The notes: generated by a model from the sequence alone, not told the origin. A stretch of 64,000 bases of DNA from Octopus sinensis (GCF_006345805.1 NC_042997.1:129332001-129396000), one strand, 5' to 3'; numbered from the stretch's first letter, positions 29,604 through 42,194 are shown. Numbers and translations are program-made.

Positions 29604-30019
29604 TGTCCATAAATATCTTTGTCTTTGTAGCATTTACAATAAAGAATAATCAATGATTGGAAAGCAAATCATCTGCTTAATCACTTAGATAAGTTGATCA
29701 GGGAAGTTGTCAGAAGTTCAGCAGTTCTGTCTCATGCAAGATTCTTTCTTCTTTGGCACAGATATTTCATTTTGACTAACAGGAATAGAAAGAAAAAGTC
29801 TCTATCTTTGTCTCATTGAATTTCTTTCACTATAGTTTTCTCAAAGTTAGATCTCATCAGGCATTACACACTAATTGTGTGAAAACGAGTACTTGAAATA
29901 TAAAACAAAGTTGATTTAAACCTAAAATGTGAGGAGACAATAGTTGATATTGTAAAGTATTTAGTCCATCTTCTTCACTCCACTACCTTCCCCATCATAA
30001 TAATATTGATTTCTCAAAT

Positions 30020-30893
30020 TTGGATGAGATCATTTCAATATTGAACCCAAAATTTCACTGCTGTTTTATTTTATCAACTTTGGATGGATGAAACATAAAG
30101 TCAAGCCTGACAGATTTTAATCTTAGAACAAAAAGGTTCTTACCTAATACTGTGAGGTATTTTGCTTGTGGCTCTACAAGGTCTGCCAATCCATTTCCCT
30201 CTAATAATTCTTCTTAGGCACAGGGCCTGAAATTTTGTGAAAGGGGCCTAGCCAATTATATCAACCCATGTGCTCAACTAGTACTTATTTTATCAAACCT
30301 GAAAGGATGAAAGACAAAGTTAACCTCTGTGGAATTTGAACTCATAGCCTAAAGTCATAAGAGATTCCACTAAGCATTTTGTTTGATGCACTAACAATTC
30401 TGCCAGCTTGCTGCCTTTACGTTTTTATCGTAATAAAGTTTGATTTCCAATACAAACACAAGACCACAAATTTGGGAAGAAGGTATAATTGATAATATTG
30501 ACTCCCAGGACTGGTTTGCTACTTATTTTATCAACTCTGGAAGAGTAAAAGGCAAATTTAGTCTTGGTGAGATTTGAACTCGGAATATAAGAGCTGTAAT
30601 AAATATAGTAAAGTACTTCATTCAATGCTCCAACAATTTTGCTGATCCACCATTCTATGATGATGGTGATGATGATGATTTCAAATTTTGGCACAAAGCC
30701 AACAATTTCAGGGAAGGGGATAAATTGATTACAACCACCCCAGTACTCAACTGGTACTTATTTTATATACTCTAAAAGGATGACAAGCAAAGTCAACCTT
30801 GATGGAAGTGTGAACATAACGTGTAAAGATGGACAAAATGGCACTAAACATTTTACCTGACATGCTAATGATTCTGCCAGCTTGCCTTGTTGT

Positions 30894-30942
<49 letters not shown>

Positions 30943-31070
30943 AGTGGTGGTGGTGGTGGTGGTTGCGGCGGTTGTGTGGCGGCGGCGGTGGCGGTGGTGG
31001 TGGTGGTAATGATGGTGGTGATGATGATTTCAAGAAAACTAAACATTTCTTCTGCAATATTAAAGTCAAA
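30020..31070 (-). mobile_element. Head-to-tail stack of family C SINE copies with a (GAT)n/(GGT)n tract at 30891-31027
   Basis: At least four repeats of ...tacttattttatc(a)accc...aaaggatgaaag(g)caaagt...ctgccagct. Confidence 0.65.
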
Positions 31071-31660
31071 CCTATTTACTTTAGTTTCAAGTCGATTGTA
31101 TTACATTATAACTATGTAAACTTTCTTTTCTATAAAATATCTTGTGTTAATGTTAACTCAACACTTTCAACTTGATCTTTTGTGTGTCTAAACGATTCAT
31201 TATTTCTTACAAAATGTAATTAATTTTTTATGATTAATTCTTTGAAGATTTTTTGAAATCACATGCTTTATATGTTGCATATGTTGCAACTAGGCATTTT
31301 ATCGACTTGAATACAAAAAAAAATAATGAAGTAGTTAGTTCTAAGTAGCATTATTACTTTATTTAGGGGAATAATGGAATTGGTCATGTGATATCAGACT
31401 GATGGTTGATAACGCTTCTAAGTGGTTGTTCAGTCTGCTAGACCTCACTTAAATCACACCCCACAAATGGTCTTAAAAGGATTACATTGCAGTTCTAGAT
31501 AAAATATTTGAAAATAATATGGGATGGTCATGACCCTTGATTTTGGACCTATTAGACTGAACTGAAGTCAAATAACAATAAGGACCAGAGTAGAAGTAAA
31601 CTTTAAATAGTTTACTACTTCAAGGACATGAACCTGTGGAATGTTCAAAACTACTTCAAG

Positions 31661-32040
31661 GCGCAGGAGTGGCTGTTGGTAAGTAGTTTGCTTACCAACC
31701 ACATAGTTCCGGGTTCATTTCCATTGTGTGGCACTTTGAGCAAGTGTCTTCTACTATAGCCTCGGGCCAACTAAAGCCTTGTGAGTGGATTTTGTAGACG
31801 GAAACTGAAAGAAGCCCGTCGTATATATGTATGTGTGTCTGTGTTTGTCCCTCCCAACATCGCCTGAAAACTGATGCTGGTGTGTTTGCATCCCTGTAAC
31901 TTAGCGGTTCGGTAAAAGAGATCGATAAAATAAGTACTAGGCTTACAAAGAATAAGTCCTAAGGTCGATTTGCTCGACTAAAGGCAGTGCTCCAGCAATC
32001 AAATGACTGAAACAAGTGAAAGAGTAAAAGAGTAAAGAGT
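31661..32040 (+). mobile_element. Family A SINE, full length
   Basis: ggcgcaggagtggctg head to aaacaagtgaaagagtaaaagagtaaagag tail. Confidence 0.85.
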
Positions 32041-32139
32041 ATATGTTTTGCTATATGTTGTGTAAGCCCAGCATGGATTGATTAGTGTAGTAGTATAAAC
32101 AGCATTCTGTGTAGACACCAGTTTTAAATCTTTGGGACC

Positions 32140-32913
32140 AAATTTTTGTGAACATGATCTAGGCATTACTATCAGCAACGATTTGTGCTGAACAAAGAAC
32201 ATCTCTAAAATTGTCAAGAAGGCTGAGGGTATTTTGGCATCACTCATCAAGACCTTTGTCAGCCATTCCCCAGCTATCTATTTATAGTTGTATATGGCTA
32301 TGGTGCAGGTACACTTGGAATTAGCATCACCAGTCTCTAACTCCTGTCTTGCTCAGGACATTGACCTAGAAACTGTTCAGAGATATGCAACCAAGCAAAT
32401 ACCTTCCATCAGGCATCTACCATACTCTGGACACCCTGCTTCCCTGAACAAGATGCATTGAAGCTCCAACGTCTGGCAACTGACTTGGTAAACACCCACA
32501 AAATTATTAACCATCGTGCCAACAACCACCTTGAGCACCTCTTTGAACTCCATGTGTCTAACACGTGTGGGCGTGCCTACAAAGTCAGAAAAAAGCACAG
32601 CTCCCATAACTTTCGGAAACATTTTTTCATACTCAGAATCCTGAAGCTTGGAACAAACTACCTGCATCAGTTGTTAGCTGCTGTGACATTGCATCCTCTA
32701 AAACTTCCATGCTACCTGAAATTCGCCAACACTACACCTGATATCCCCACTCCATATGCATGCACATATATATATCATGACTCTTACACTGTTCACTTTC
32801 CTGACTTTTGTACATAATTCTATGTACTGTACATGCACTCTTGATGAGTTGTAGTGCACCTGAGCACTATACACTATAATTTTATTATTATTATTATTAT
32901 TATTATGATTATT
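32140..32913 (+). mobile_element. 5'-truncated CR1-like LINE ending in a (TTA)n tail
   Basis: Paralogous to 39300-40506 (same gacctagaaactgttcagagat...gcacctgagcact...ttattatt sequence); decayed ORF2 C-terminus. Confidence 0.8.
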
Positions 32914-32914
32914 A

Positions 32915-35880
32915 CTTTTTTTTTCTTCTTTCAAATTTGCTTCCATTTCTTGCCGAGTGTCTTCCCGACTCCTAGGGCAAAGAAACTCATAGTATACAAT
33001 GGTAGGCCATTAAACCAAACTCAGTAGATCATTCATTTTTTTTTTTTTTTTTTTTAAAGTTAAATTAAAATACATGAGCAGCAACAGTTCTCACATCGAC
33101 AATGCTCTTCTCAATACGTGTGATGTACCAGTTAAGACAATCTTTTGCACTTCTTGCAGGGATGGTAAGCCAGGGATCATTCTCATATAATTTTCGGTTC
33201 CCTTCTTGATCATTCCTAGTGCTCCTACGATCACTGGTATTGTAACCGCCTTGAGATGCCACATTTTCTCAATTTCAATGAGTAGGTCTTTATATTTTCT
33301 GAGCTTGTCAAACTCTTTTGCTGAGATATTATGATCACAGGGGATGCTCATGTCGATCAATAAGCAAACTTTATTGTTTTGGTCTTTCACAACAATATCT
33401 GGTTTATTGGCCTTGATGGTTCGGTCTGTATGTACTGGAAAGTCCCACAGAATGGTTACATTTTCTCCTTCAGTTACAGCCTCAGGGTGGTGATTATACC
33501 ACTTGTCGGCAGTTTTGATATTGTAATGCCGACTTATTAGCCAGTGGAGATATTGGCCAACTCTGTCATGTCTTAATTTATACTCCACTGGTGCTAAGAC
33601 TTTACATCCAGAGATTAGGTGGTCCACTGTTTCAATCATGTCATTGCAGAATCGGCATTTTGGGTCTGCTCCATTTTTCATCACATTGGCCTGGTAGTTC
33701 CGGGTTAATAGGCTTTGATCTTGAGCAGCCAGGATGAAACCTTCGCTCTCTGCTTTTAGCCCTGAGCTCCGTAGCCACTGATGGGTTTGCTTCTGGTCAA
33801 CATCAGCTTGTTTGCTGCGGGTCACATATTTGCCGTGCAGAGGTTTCTCCTCCCACCTATCAGCCAATTGCTCGTGCGCTTTTTTCATTGCCATCATTTT
33901 CACCTTCTTTGCAACAATAGTTGCCGTACTTCCCTCGGGTTGTTCAGTTTGGGTATCCTGCACGAGATCAATAGCAAATTTTTTGCTTTCCTTTATGATA
34001 GAATGAAGCTTCTTTCGTCTCTCGTGATTTTCCATGAGCTTTAGCATCCAGTCATTCGATATTTCGAGATATTTGGCCAGTCCAATTGTGGTTGTTTTGT
34101 AAGCTAGTTCAAATTGGATCAGGCCTCGACCTCCTTGGGCTCTGGGAAGGTAAAGGCGATCTACGTCTGCCTTTGGGTGGTGCATCCTATTACAACTCAG
34201 CAGCTTGCGTATTTTTCTATCTATATTCTTTACTTCACTCATATTCCAGTTCAACACATTGTAGCTATAAGTAACAACTGGAACTGCTAAGGAATTTATA
34301 GCTAACACCTTGTTACATGCATTTAGTTCAGATTTCAGGACTGCACGAACTCTCCTATAACATTCCTTCCTGATTTTCTCTTTCATGCTTGCATGCTGAA
34401 TACCAGAGCCTTCATTTATCCCTAAATATTTGTATGTTTGTTCTTGCTCAAGCTCTCTTATGACTGTGTCAACATCTAACACACTGAATTTGTGGTCTTC
34501 ACTTTCCCTTTCTGGAAAGTGGCCTTGGCACACTTCTCAAGTCCAAACTCCATCCCGATGTCATCGCTGAATGCTTTCACGGTGCGCAATAGGCCTTCAA
34601 GTTCATTATTGTCTTTACCATAAAGTTTTAAGTCATCCATATAAAATAGGTGGCTTATTTTTTTATTGGCAATTTTATACCCATACCCTGTTCTGTTTAA
34701 TTCACTTGTAAGGGGTATTAGGGCTATGCAGAATATTAAAGGTGAAAGTGAGTCACCTTGAAAAATTCCACAGTTGATGTTTATATTTTCTGGGGCAAGT
34801 ACTCCATTAGAGTGGTATAATTGGAGATTCGTATTCCACAACGACATATTGTGCTTCAGGAAGTTTGAAATCACAGGGGAAATTTTGAAGATGTCCAGCG
34901 GTCTCAAGATCCATGGATGCGGTATACTGTCGAAGGCCTTTTTGTAGTCAATCCATGCGGTGCTGAGATTTCTGCGCTTGTTGTGACAGTTCTCAAGGAT
35001 CATACGATTGATTAGCAGTTGATCTTTGCATCCGTAAGAGCCTCGGCGGCACCCTTTTTGTTCAATGGGGAAAATATCGTTCTTCTCCATGAATGCATAT
35101 GTTTTCTCCGCCAGGATAGATGTTAGGATTTTATACGTGGTGGATAGACAGGTTATAGGCCGATAGTTTTTTGGAAGGTTGGTTTCATTATTCTTTGGGA
35201 GTAGGTAAGTAATGCCACTTGCTAACCATTCAGGTGTTTTCTTTGGGTCTCTCATAATTCCATTGAGCAGCTGAACTAGCTTACCGTGTGCGCATGGGAG
35301 CGATGCGAGCCAGAAATTCGGCACCCTATCTTTACCGGGGGATTTCCAATTATGGGCCTTCGTGAGTGCCTTTCTTAGGTCTGCTATTGTGATGTCTTCC
35401 CATGCTTGTTGTTGTAAATTTTGGTAGGATCCTTCAGTTTGTATAATCCAGTCTGCATTTATGTTGTACGTCTTCTTGTCACTCCAAATCCTTTTCCAAA
35501 AGTTTTGAACTTCTTCCATGGGAGGGGGGTCTTTAACGGTTACTTTCTCCTTCCCTATTTCTCTGTAGAATTTTTTGGCATTGGATGTGAACAGCTTATT
35601 TTGCTTGTAAAACTTGTTTCTCTTCTCAAATCTTCGTATTCTTTGGGCTTTTGCTTGGACTTTTTGTTTCAGCGTTTCTTTTATGGATATCAGTTCTTCT
35701 CTTGGTGAGGATCCAAATTTTCTCTTCATCTTTCTTCCTGTTCGGGATCTTACATCATTTCCACATATTAGTTCATTTAATATTGATATTTCCCCTCTCA
35801 TAAATTCAATCTCTTTTTCAATTTTACTTCTCCAGGTTTGATTTCTTCCCAGGTTTTGTTTTCTTTGTTTTTATATTGTT
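32915..35880 (-). mobile_element. R4/Dong-clade non-LTR retrotransposon, 5'-truncated, nearly intact
   Basis: ORFs 34476-35801 and 33091-34533 form one protein split by a single frameshift near 34480: RT (NYRPITCL, GIFQGDSLSP, FYMDDLKL), CCHC knuckle (CRFC...VDHLISGC), REL endonuclease (KPD...IDMSIP...KY). Frame is open upstream to ~35870. Flanked on both sides by (TAA)n. Confidence 0.9.
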
Positions 35881-35898
35881 TTATTATTATTATTATTA

Positions 35899-35964
<66 letters not shown>
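35879..35964. repeat. (TTA)n microsatellite at the Dong 5' junction
   Basis: Direct reading. Confidence 0.95.
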
Positions 35965-35965
<1 letters not shown>

Positions 35966-36270
35966 ATTATAAATTTTACAGTCAAAGAAAAGAAGAGATC
36001 TTTAAGTAGAATTTGATCTTTGGAGATCCGGGTATCAGTTTTCAAAATTAGAATGAGCAAGGTTGACTCTTGATAAATATATTTCTACACACCCTACTAA
36101 GTAAAATTGAACTTGTAAATGAATTAAATGGAAATGTAAAGTTTGAGACTAGAATGAAGTGAGCCTAACAAAGAAGGGAGCAAATGAGAATTCACTATTA
36201 CAATGGGTATATAAATTACAAATCACTTAATTGAATAAATTTTCTGCTCATATTATAGTATAATGGCTTG

Positions 36271-36655
36271 TTTCATCATCATCATCATTTAATATCCATT
36301 TTCCATGCTGGCATAGGTTGGTCAGTTTGACAGGAACTAGCAAGGCTAGGAGCTGCACTAGATTCCATTGTCTGTTTTGGCTCAGTTTCTACTGCTAGAA
36401 GCCCTTTCTAACACCCAACCACTCCACAGAGAGTACTGGCTGCTTTTTACGTAGCACCAGCACCAGTGCTTTTTAGGCGACACCAGCAAGCACACTAATA
36501 CTTTTTACATGGCACCTTGGTTTTAAGATCGCAATTCTGTTGTGGTAGGCTGGTCTTCTCAAGTACAGCAAAGCTTCACATGTCTTGGCCCTCTGTCATC
36601 TCCTTCGTACGATTTGTAATGCCTAAATTACAGATTGCCTCATCCTTAACTCATA
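36271..36655 (-). mobile_element. Family B / RTE tail
   Basis: catcatcatcatcatttaatatccattttccatgctggcat... plus decayed LW..AVLEK segment. Confidence 0.6.
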
Positions 36656-36656
36656 A

Positions 36657-37610
36657 CCTCATCATCATCATTGTTCGACCGTGGTCAAGACAATGGAATT
36701 TACCATGCTACGCCAGACTTCACGGTCCATCATGGCATTACGGAGGTCCTGTTGCTAGATGCCTGTATCCCTGGAGATTACATCAGGGTAGGAGAGTGTG
36801 CGCCCTCTGGTATTGCAAATAGATGGCTTCCAGAGGAGAAGAGTAGAAATTACCTCTTTTTCAGCTCTACAACAATGTCCAGCAAACTGGACTCTCCTAC
36901 CTTTCACAAGAGATGACACAGGTGGTAGTTTCCCATATATTTGCATTTTGGTTGGATGGTCCTTCCACGAGAGATTTTGAGCTCTCATAAGGAGGCGAGT
37001 GTAGGTTACATCCAACCACCTCTCAAGCTTCTTTGATAACATCCAGGTTTCTGAGCCATATAGTAGAATTGGTTCGACTGTGGCTTTGAAGATTTCAAGT
37101 TTGAAGTCTCTACTTAGATTTGATGACCAGATCTTATGCATGTCATTACAGGCTGACCAGGCCATACCCTTTCTAGTTAGAAAGTCTTTTCCAGATGATG
37201 ATATGTATGACCCAAGATATTTGTAATCAGAAACCATATTTAAGGGCGCATTGTTGAGAGTATGGATGATGCAATCACTGTTGGACAGGCACTTGTTTAT
37301 GTATTCAGTCTTGGCCTCATTGAGGTAAAGACCTACACAATTTGAGGCTTGTTCAAGAGATTGTAAAAGAGACTGGGCATTGGAGAGAGAATCACTGATA
37401 AGAGTGATGTCGTCAGCAAAGTCAGTGTCTGTCAAGTACTCAGCTGGGTGTCTGGAACTTCTTCTTGGTTTTATTTCAAAGCCCTTGCCAGAGATGGTAT
37501 CAACTGACATACGTAGCACATAATCAACAACAATGATGAAAAGAAATGGGGCGAGTGTGTCTCCCTGCAGTATTCCGGCTTTGATTGAGAAAGATGATGT
37601 TTCTCAGTCT
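36657..37610 (-). mobile_element. 5'-truncated RTE-clade LINE (RT C-terminal half)
   Basis: GILQGDTLAPFLF, DTDFADDI, YKYLGS, ILLYGSETW, QFAGHC motifs; ORF 36755-37519 ends at a premature TAG, frame continues to ~36668, then (GAT)n tail. Confidence 0.9.
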
Positions 37611-38129
37611 CATAGTCTCAATGTTAACTTGTTTGGTTGACTTCATATTTTACCTAAATCTGTACATATAGAGTTTATTAGTTTCTTATAGATTAGAGTT
37701 TCTTGAATCAATAGTAATATCCGTATGAATTTACCTTCAACTTCAAAAAATGTGCCCAATCCATACTGTAGTTGTTAGTGATAGGAAGGGTGTCTAGCCA
37801 TAAAACCACGAAGGAAATATCTAATATGCAAAAGTCGGCTGTTTTCTCTTGTTCTGTCAGATGATGAAAGACCCGAAGTGCTGAGACAATGCTCTGGAAC
37901 AGACTTTCCATTCAATGCCATCACAGGAAAAGACATAAGAATATTTTAAAATTATTTTGTTAGAGTAAAATATATCCTTACAACTAAATGTTACAGAAAT
38001 GGGCTTTTCTCAAAGACTGTTCAGAATAGTGCAATTTGGGAGACTGTAGCAGTCAGACTTCCCAGAAAAGAACATTGTAATGCTGAATGTGATACAAACT
38101 GCATAAATCAGATATAAATAGAAAAAAGC

Positions 38130-40506
38130 ACAATAAATCATCCAACCATCTGAAGTGACAAAAAGGGTAGTGCTTGAATTTGAGCAGTGCATAGCAACCA
38201 ACCCTGACAGTAAGGTGTTCTGGAAATATGTACATTCAAAGCAGAGACCTCACTCTTCAGTTGGTCCTCTTTGCAATCCCCCCACAAGCCAGATTACTGA
38301 CAATCCCAAAGAATGCGCAGAACTCATTGCTGAATGCTATGCATGCATTTTTACTATAGAAAACCAAAACGTACCATCTCCATCACCTCTAACACCAAAT
38401 TCTATAACATCTATGGAATTTAAACCAGCAATGCTGCGACATAACCTTAAGAATAAGCGCAACTATGCCTCTCCTGGTCTTGATGGTGTTATGTACCTGC
38501 TTCTCAAATGTGGTGAGTACTTTCTCCTGCACCAGCTTTCACTCTTCTTTCAGTTCTGTTTTAACAATGGTGCTACTCTGGAGCAGTGGAAAACTGTCAG
38601 TGTCATTCCTCTGTTCAAAAAGAGTGACCGCACGTCCCCTGTCAACTACTATCCAGTCAGTCTTACTAGCTGCATTGCCAAACTGATGGAAACCTGTGTC
38701 AGAGAAACACTCTGGAACTTCTGGAATTCTCACAGCCTTATCTGACCCTTGCAATTTGGATTTATCCTAAACTCCAGCTGCTGTGATCAACTTATCAAGT
38801 TTCTTGAAAACATCATCTGGATCACTGATGGTAGCTTATGGGTGGATGTTGTTTACCTTGACTTTGCTAAAACTTTTAATTCTGTGCAACACAAAAGACT
38901 TATGGCAAAACTCTCCGCAATGGGTATGAAAGATGATCTTTTTAACTGGTTGGACTCCTTCCTTCTCAGTTGAAAAGAAGTAGTTATGGTTCCAGGACAG
39001 CATTCTTCATCCTATGTCATTTGGTGTACCGCAGGGATCTTATCTTGGTCCCCTTTTGTTTGTGGCATACACTAACGATATAGATGCCAACTTAAAGAAT
39101 GCTACAGTGCTGAAATGTGCAGATGACATCAAGCCATACCTTGAGATAAAAAGCACAGATCCTGAACACTATAGATCTTTCCTGCAATCGGACCTGAACC
39201 CAATGGATAACAGACTGGTAATACAAGCTGGCTGTGGACAAGTGTACCACCATGCATTTTGGGAGGAAAAACCCAGCATTCACATACTCTCTCTCCATAA
39301 CACTAGTATCAAGAAATCTTCTTGTGAATGTAACCTGGGCATTATTATCAGCAGCAATTTGTGCTGGACAAAGAACATCTCTAAAATTGTCAAGAAGCAT
39401 GAGGGTGTTTTGGCATCACTCATCAAGACCTTTGTCAGCCGCTCTCCAGCTATCTATTTAAGACTGTATATGGCTATGGTGCAGCCACACTTGGAATTAG
39501 CATCACCAGTCTCTAACTCCTATCTTGTTCAGGACATTGACCTAGAAACTGTTCAGAGATGTGCAACCAAGCAAATACCTTCCATCAGGCATCTATCTAC
39601 TCTGGACACCTTGCTTTCCAGGGCATAGATACATTGAAGTTCCGACATTTGGCAACTGACTTGGTAAACACCCACAAAATCATTAACCATTGTGCCAACA
39701 ACCACCTTGAGCACCTTTTTGAATTCCATGTGTCTAACACACATGGACATGCCTACAAAGTCAGAAAAAGGCACAGCTCCCATGACTTTTGGAAACATTT
39801 TTTCACACTTGGAATCCTGAAGCATGGAACAAACTACCTGCATCAGTTGTTAGTGGCTGTGACATTGCGCATAGGCGCAGGAGTGGCTGTTTGGTAAGTA
39901 GCTTGCTAACCAACCACATGGTTCCGGGTTCAGTCCCACTGCGTGGCATCTTGGGCAAGTGTCTTCTGCTATAGCCCCGGGCCGACCAATGCCTTGTGAG
40001 TGAATTTGGTAGACGGAAACTGAAAGAAGCCTGTCGTATATATGTATATATATATAAGTGTGTGTGAATATGTTTGTGTGTCTGTGTTTGTTCCCCTAGC
40101 ATTGCTTGACAACCGATGCTGGTGTGTTTACGTCCCCGTCACTTAGCGGTTCGGCAAAAAAGACCGATAGAATAAGTACTGGGCTTACAAAGAATAAGTC
40201 CCGGGGTCGATTTGCTCGACTAAAGGTGGTGCTCCAGCATGGCCGCAGTCAAATGACTGAAACAAGTAAAAAGAGTAAAGAGTAAAAGAGTATTGCATCC
40301 TCTAAAACTTACATGCTTCCTGAAATTTGCCAACACTACACTTGGTATCCTAACTTCCATATGCATGCACACATGAATATTATGACTCTTACACTGTTCC
40401 CTTTCCTGGCATTTGTACATTATTCTATGAACTGTACATGCACCTTTGATGAGTTGTAGTGCACCTGAGCACTGTACACAATTTCATTATTATTATTATT
40501 ATTATT
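38130..40506 (+). mobile_element. Degraded CR1-clade LINE (RT region) with SINE insertion and (TTA)n tail
   Basis: Consecutive ORFs: VFWKYV, NYYPVSLTSCIAKLME, QFGF, VDVVYLDFAKTFNSV, GVPQGSYLGPLLF, CADDIK; 3' part matches 32140-32913 and 59410-59655. Confidence 0.9.
39874..40291 (+). mobile_element. Family A SINE inserted in the CR1 element
   Basis: Short TSD attgc (39864-39868 / 40292-40296); the uninterrupted site gacattgcatcctctaaaac is visible in the paralog near 32685. Confidence 0.9.
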
Positions 40507-40507
40507 A

Positions 40508-41070
40508 AATCAGGCAGGCAAGGCAGTTTTGCTTTGCCTGGTGGCTGTGGCAAAGGAGATTGTTGGTGGACAAGACTGAAAGGTATGAGGACAGATACTT
40601 CCTCTTTGGTGGAGCTCTCACTGACTTTTTCACGTTTCACTTGAAAAGAAAATAGAGAGTGGAGAGGGAAGTTCCATCCATGAGTGGATTTATAGAAAGG
40701 TGGGTGAAAGTTGTGGAAATGGCAAGAGTGGATGGTACCTCTCTAAGTGTAGACCTGTGAGTCAGAGAGAAGGAATTGGAGAGGGCACTTGCTCACAGGA
40801 TTTCAGGGAAATCTCGGACAGTGGGGTTCCTCAATTATCCCTGGAGGCATTCCTGTATCAGGAGGGCTACATCTCTATCATCCCCCACCTCTTTTTTTAA
40901 AATCTTTTTATGCTATGCATGTCTTTTCTTTTCCAGTGTATACCGTGTATACTTAAATTTTTTTTTTATCATTTCATTATTATATGTAAGCCCCTACACT
41001 TTATGTCTATCTCTGTATTGTCCCCCATCAATCTTCGCCCTTGTGGCAAATAAATGAAATCATTATTATA
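40508..41070 (+). mobile_element. Tx1/L1-like LINE 3' end
   Basis: Decayed translation CLVAVAKEI.WWTRLKG...FHLKRK.RVEREV.....FIERW; 3'UTR ends ccttgtggcaaataaa..attatt, also seen at 57257-57365. Confidence 0.55.
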
Positions 41071-41396
41071 ACGTCCTGGTTTTCGGACCAATAAGAAATT
41101 CAGTGGAGGGGAGATAACAAATTGTACACCATGAATAATTATTACTTTTTCCTGGCGCAGAAAAACCGTTTTCTCAGATTCTACTTCAGTAATCATTATT
41201 TAATTTCCATTTGTTTTTAGTTGCTACCAATAGAAATATATCATAAAACAGGATTGATACAATATGTCAAATTTTATTAGACAGGTCCACAACAGAATCA
41301 TTAAACTTGATCTTTTGAGAGAGAGAGAGAAAGCAAACCATTATATCTACACCTGGTTCGATTTTTGGTCGTCATTGTTTTATTTTGTATCTTCCT

Positions 41397-41700
41397 AACC
41401 ACATGGTTCCAGATTCAGTCCCAGTGTGTGGCACCTTGGGTATCTTCTATTGTTTCCTGAAGCCGATCAAAGTCTTGTGAGTGGATTTGGTAGACGGAAA
41501 CTGAAAGAGGCCTGTCGTATATATATGTGTGTGTGTGTTTGTTCGTTTGTCTCCTATCACTGCTTGACAACTGGTCCCTGTAACATAGCGGTTTGACAAA
41601 GGCAAAAGAGACCAATAGAATAAGTACCAGGCTTTTAAAAAAAATAAGTACTGAGATCGATTCATCCGACTAAAAATTCTTCAAAGTTGTGCCCCAGTAT
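41397..41700 (+). mobile_element. Family A-related SINE, 5'-truncated
   Basis: aaccacatggttccagattcagtccc...gtgagtggatttggtagacggaaactgaaag...gaataagtacc. Confidence 0.7.
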
Positions 41701-42194
41701 GGCCAGTCTGATGGCTAAAGACATACAGCACCTCGAAAGAGTCCAGAGGCTGGCTACCCGCCTGGTTCATGGTCTCAAAAATTTGTCCTACGAAGAAAGG
41801 CTGAGGATGCTCGACCTTTATTCTCTTGAAAAACGCCGCCGCCGTGGTGATCTCATTCTCGCCCACAACATCATAAGCGGGAAGTGTAACCTCTCGAAAG
41901 AGCTGTTCTTCACTCCTGCTCCGGAGCGTCGGCTGCGGGGTCATTCCGAAAAGCTCTACCTGCGACGATTCATCTCAATCGAAGGAGAGGAGCTTTCTCC
42001 GTCCGGGTTGCGGATCCGTGGAACAAGCTGCCAGATGAGATGGTGAAGATGCCGACGACCGCTTTGTTCAAAGCCTCCCTGGACCTCAAGTGGCCTGAAC
42101 TCTTTACATGAACACCACCCTGTACTTAACTCCATGTCCCCCTACATGGCCTTGCTATTTGCTTTTGAGCCAAATTAACTAACTAACTAACTAA
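41700..42194 (+). mobile_element. Young CR1-like LINE 3' fragment with (TAAC)n tail
   Basis: AKDIQHLERVQRLATRLVHGLKNLSYEERLRMLDLYSLEKRRRRGDLI...RLRGH..KL..., one 1-nt frameshift near 41970, then ...WNKLP; tail taactaactaactaac. Confidence 0.9.

Noticed and set aside
30747-31175. Poly-His/Pro/Ser/Asp/Gly ORFs resembling low-complexity proteins
   Set aside because: Translation of a (GAT)n(GGT)n tract embedded among SINE copies; overlapping ORFs in several frames.
33091-39628. Cluster of reverse-transcriptase ORFs as a possible retron, DGR or other RT-based system
   Set aside because: Each ORF has clade-typical LINE motifs, 5' truncation and a simple-repeat tail; they are independent insertions.
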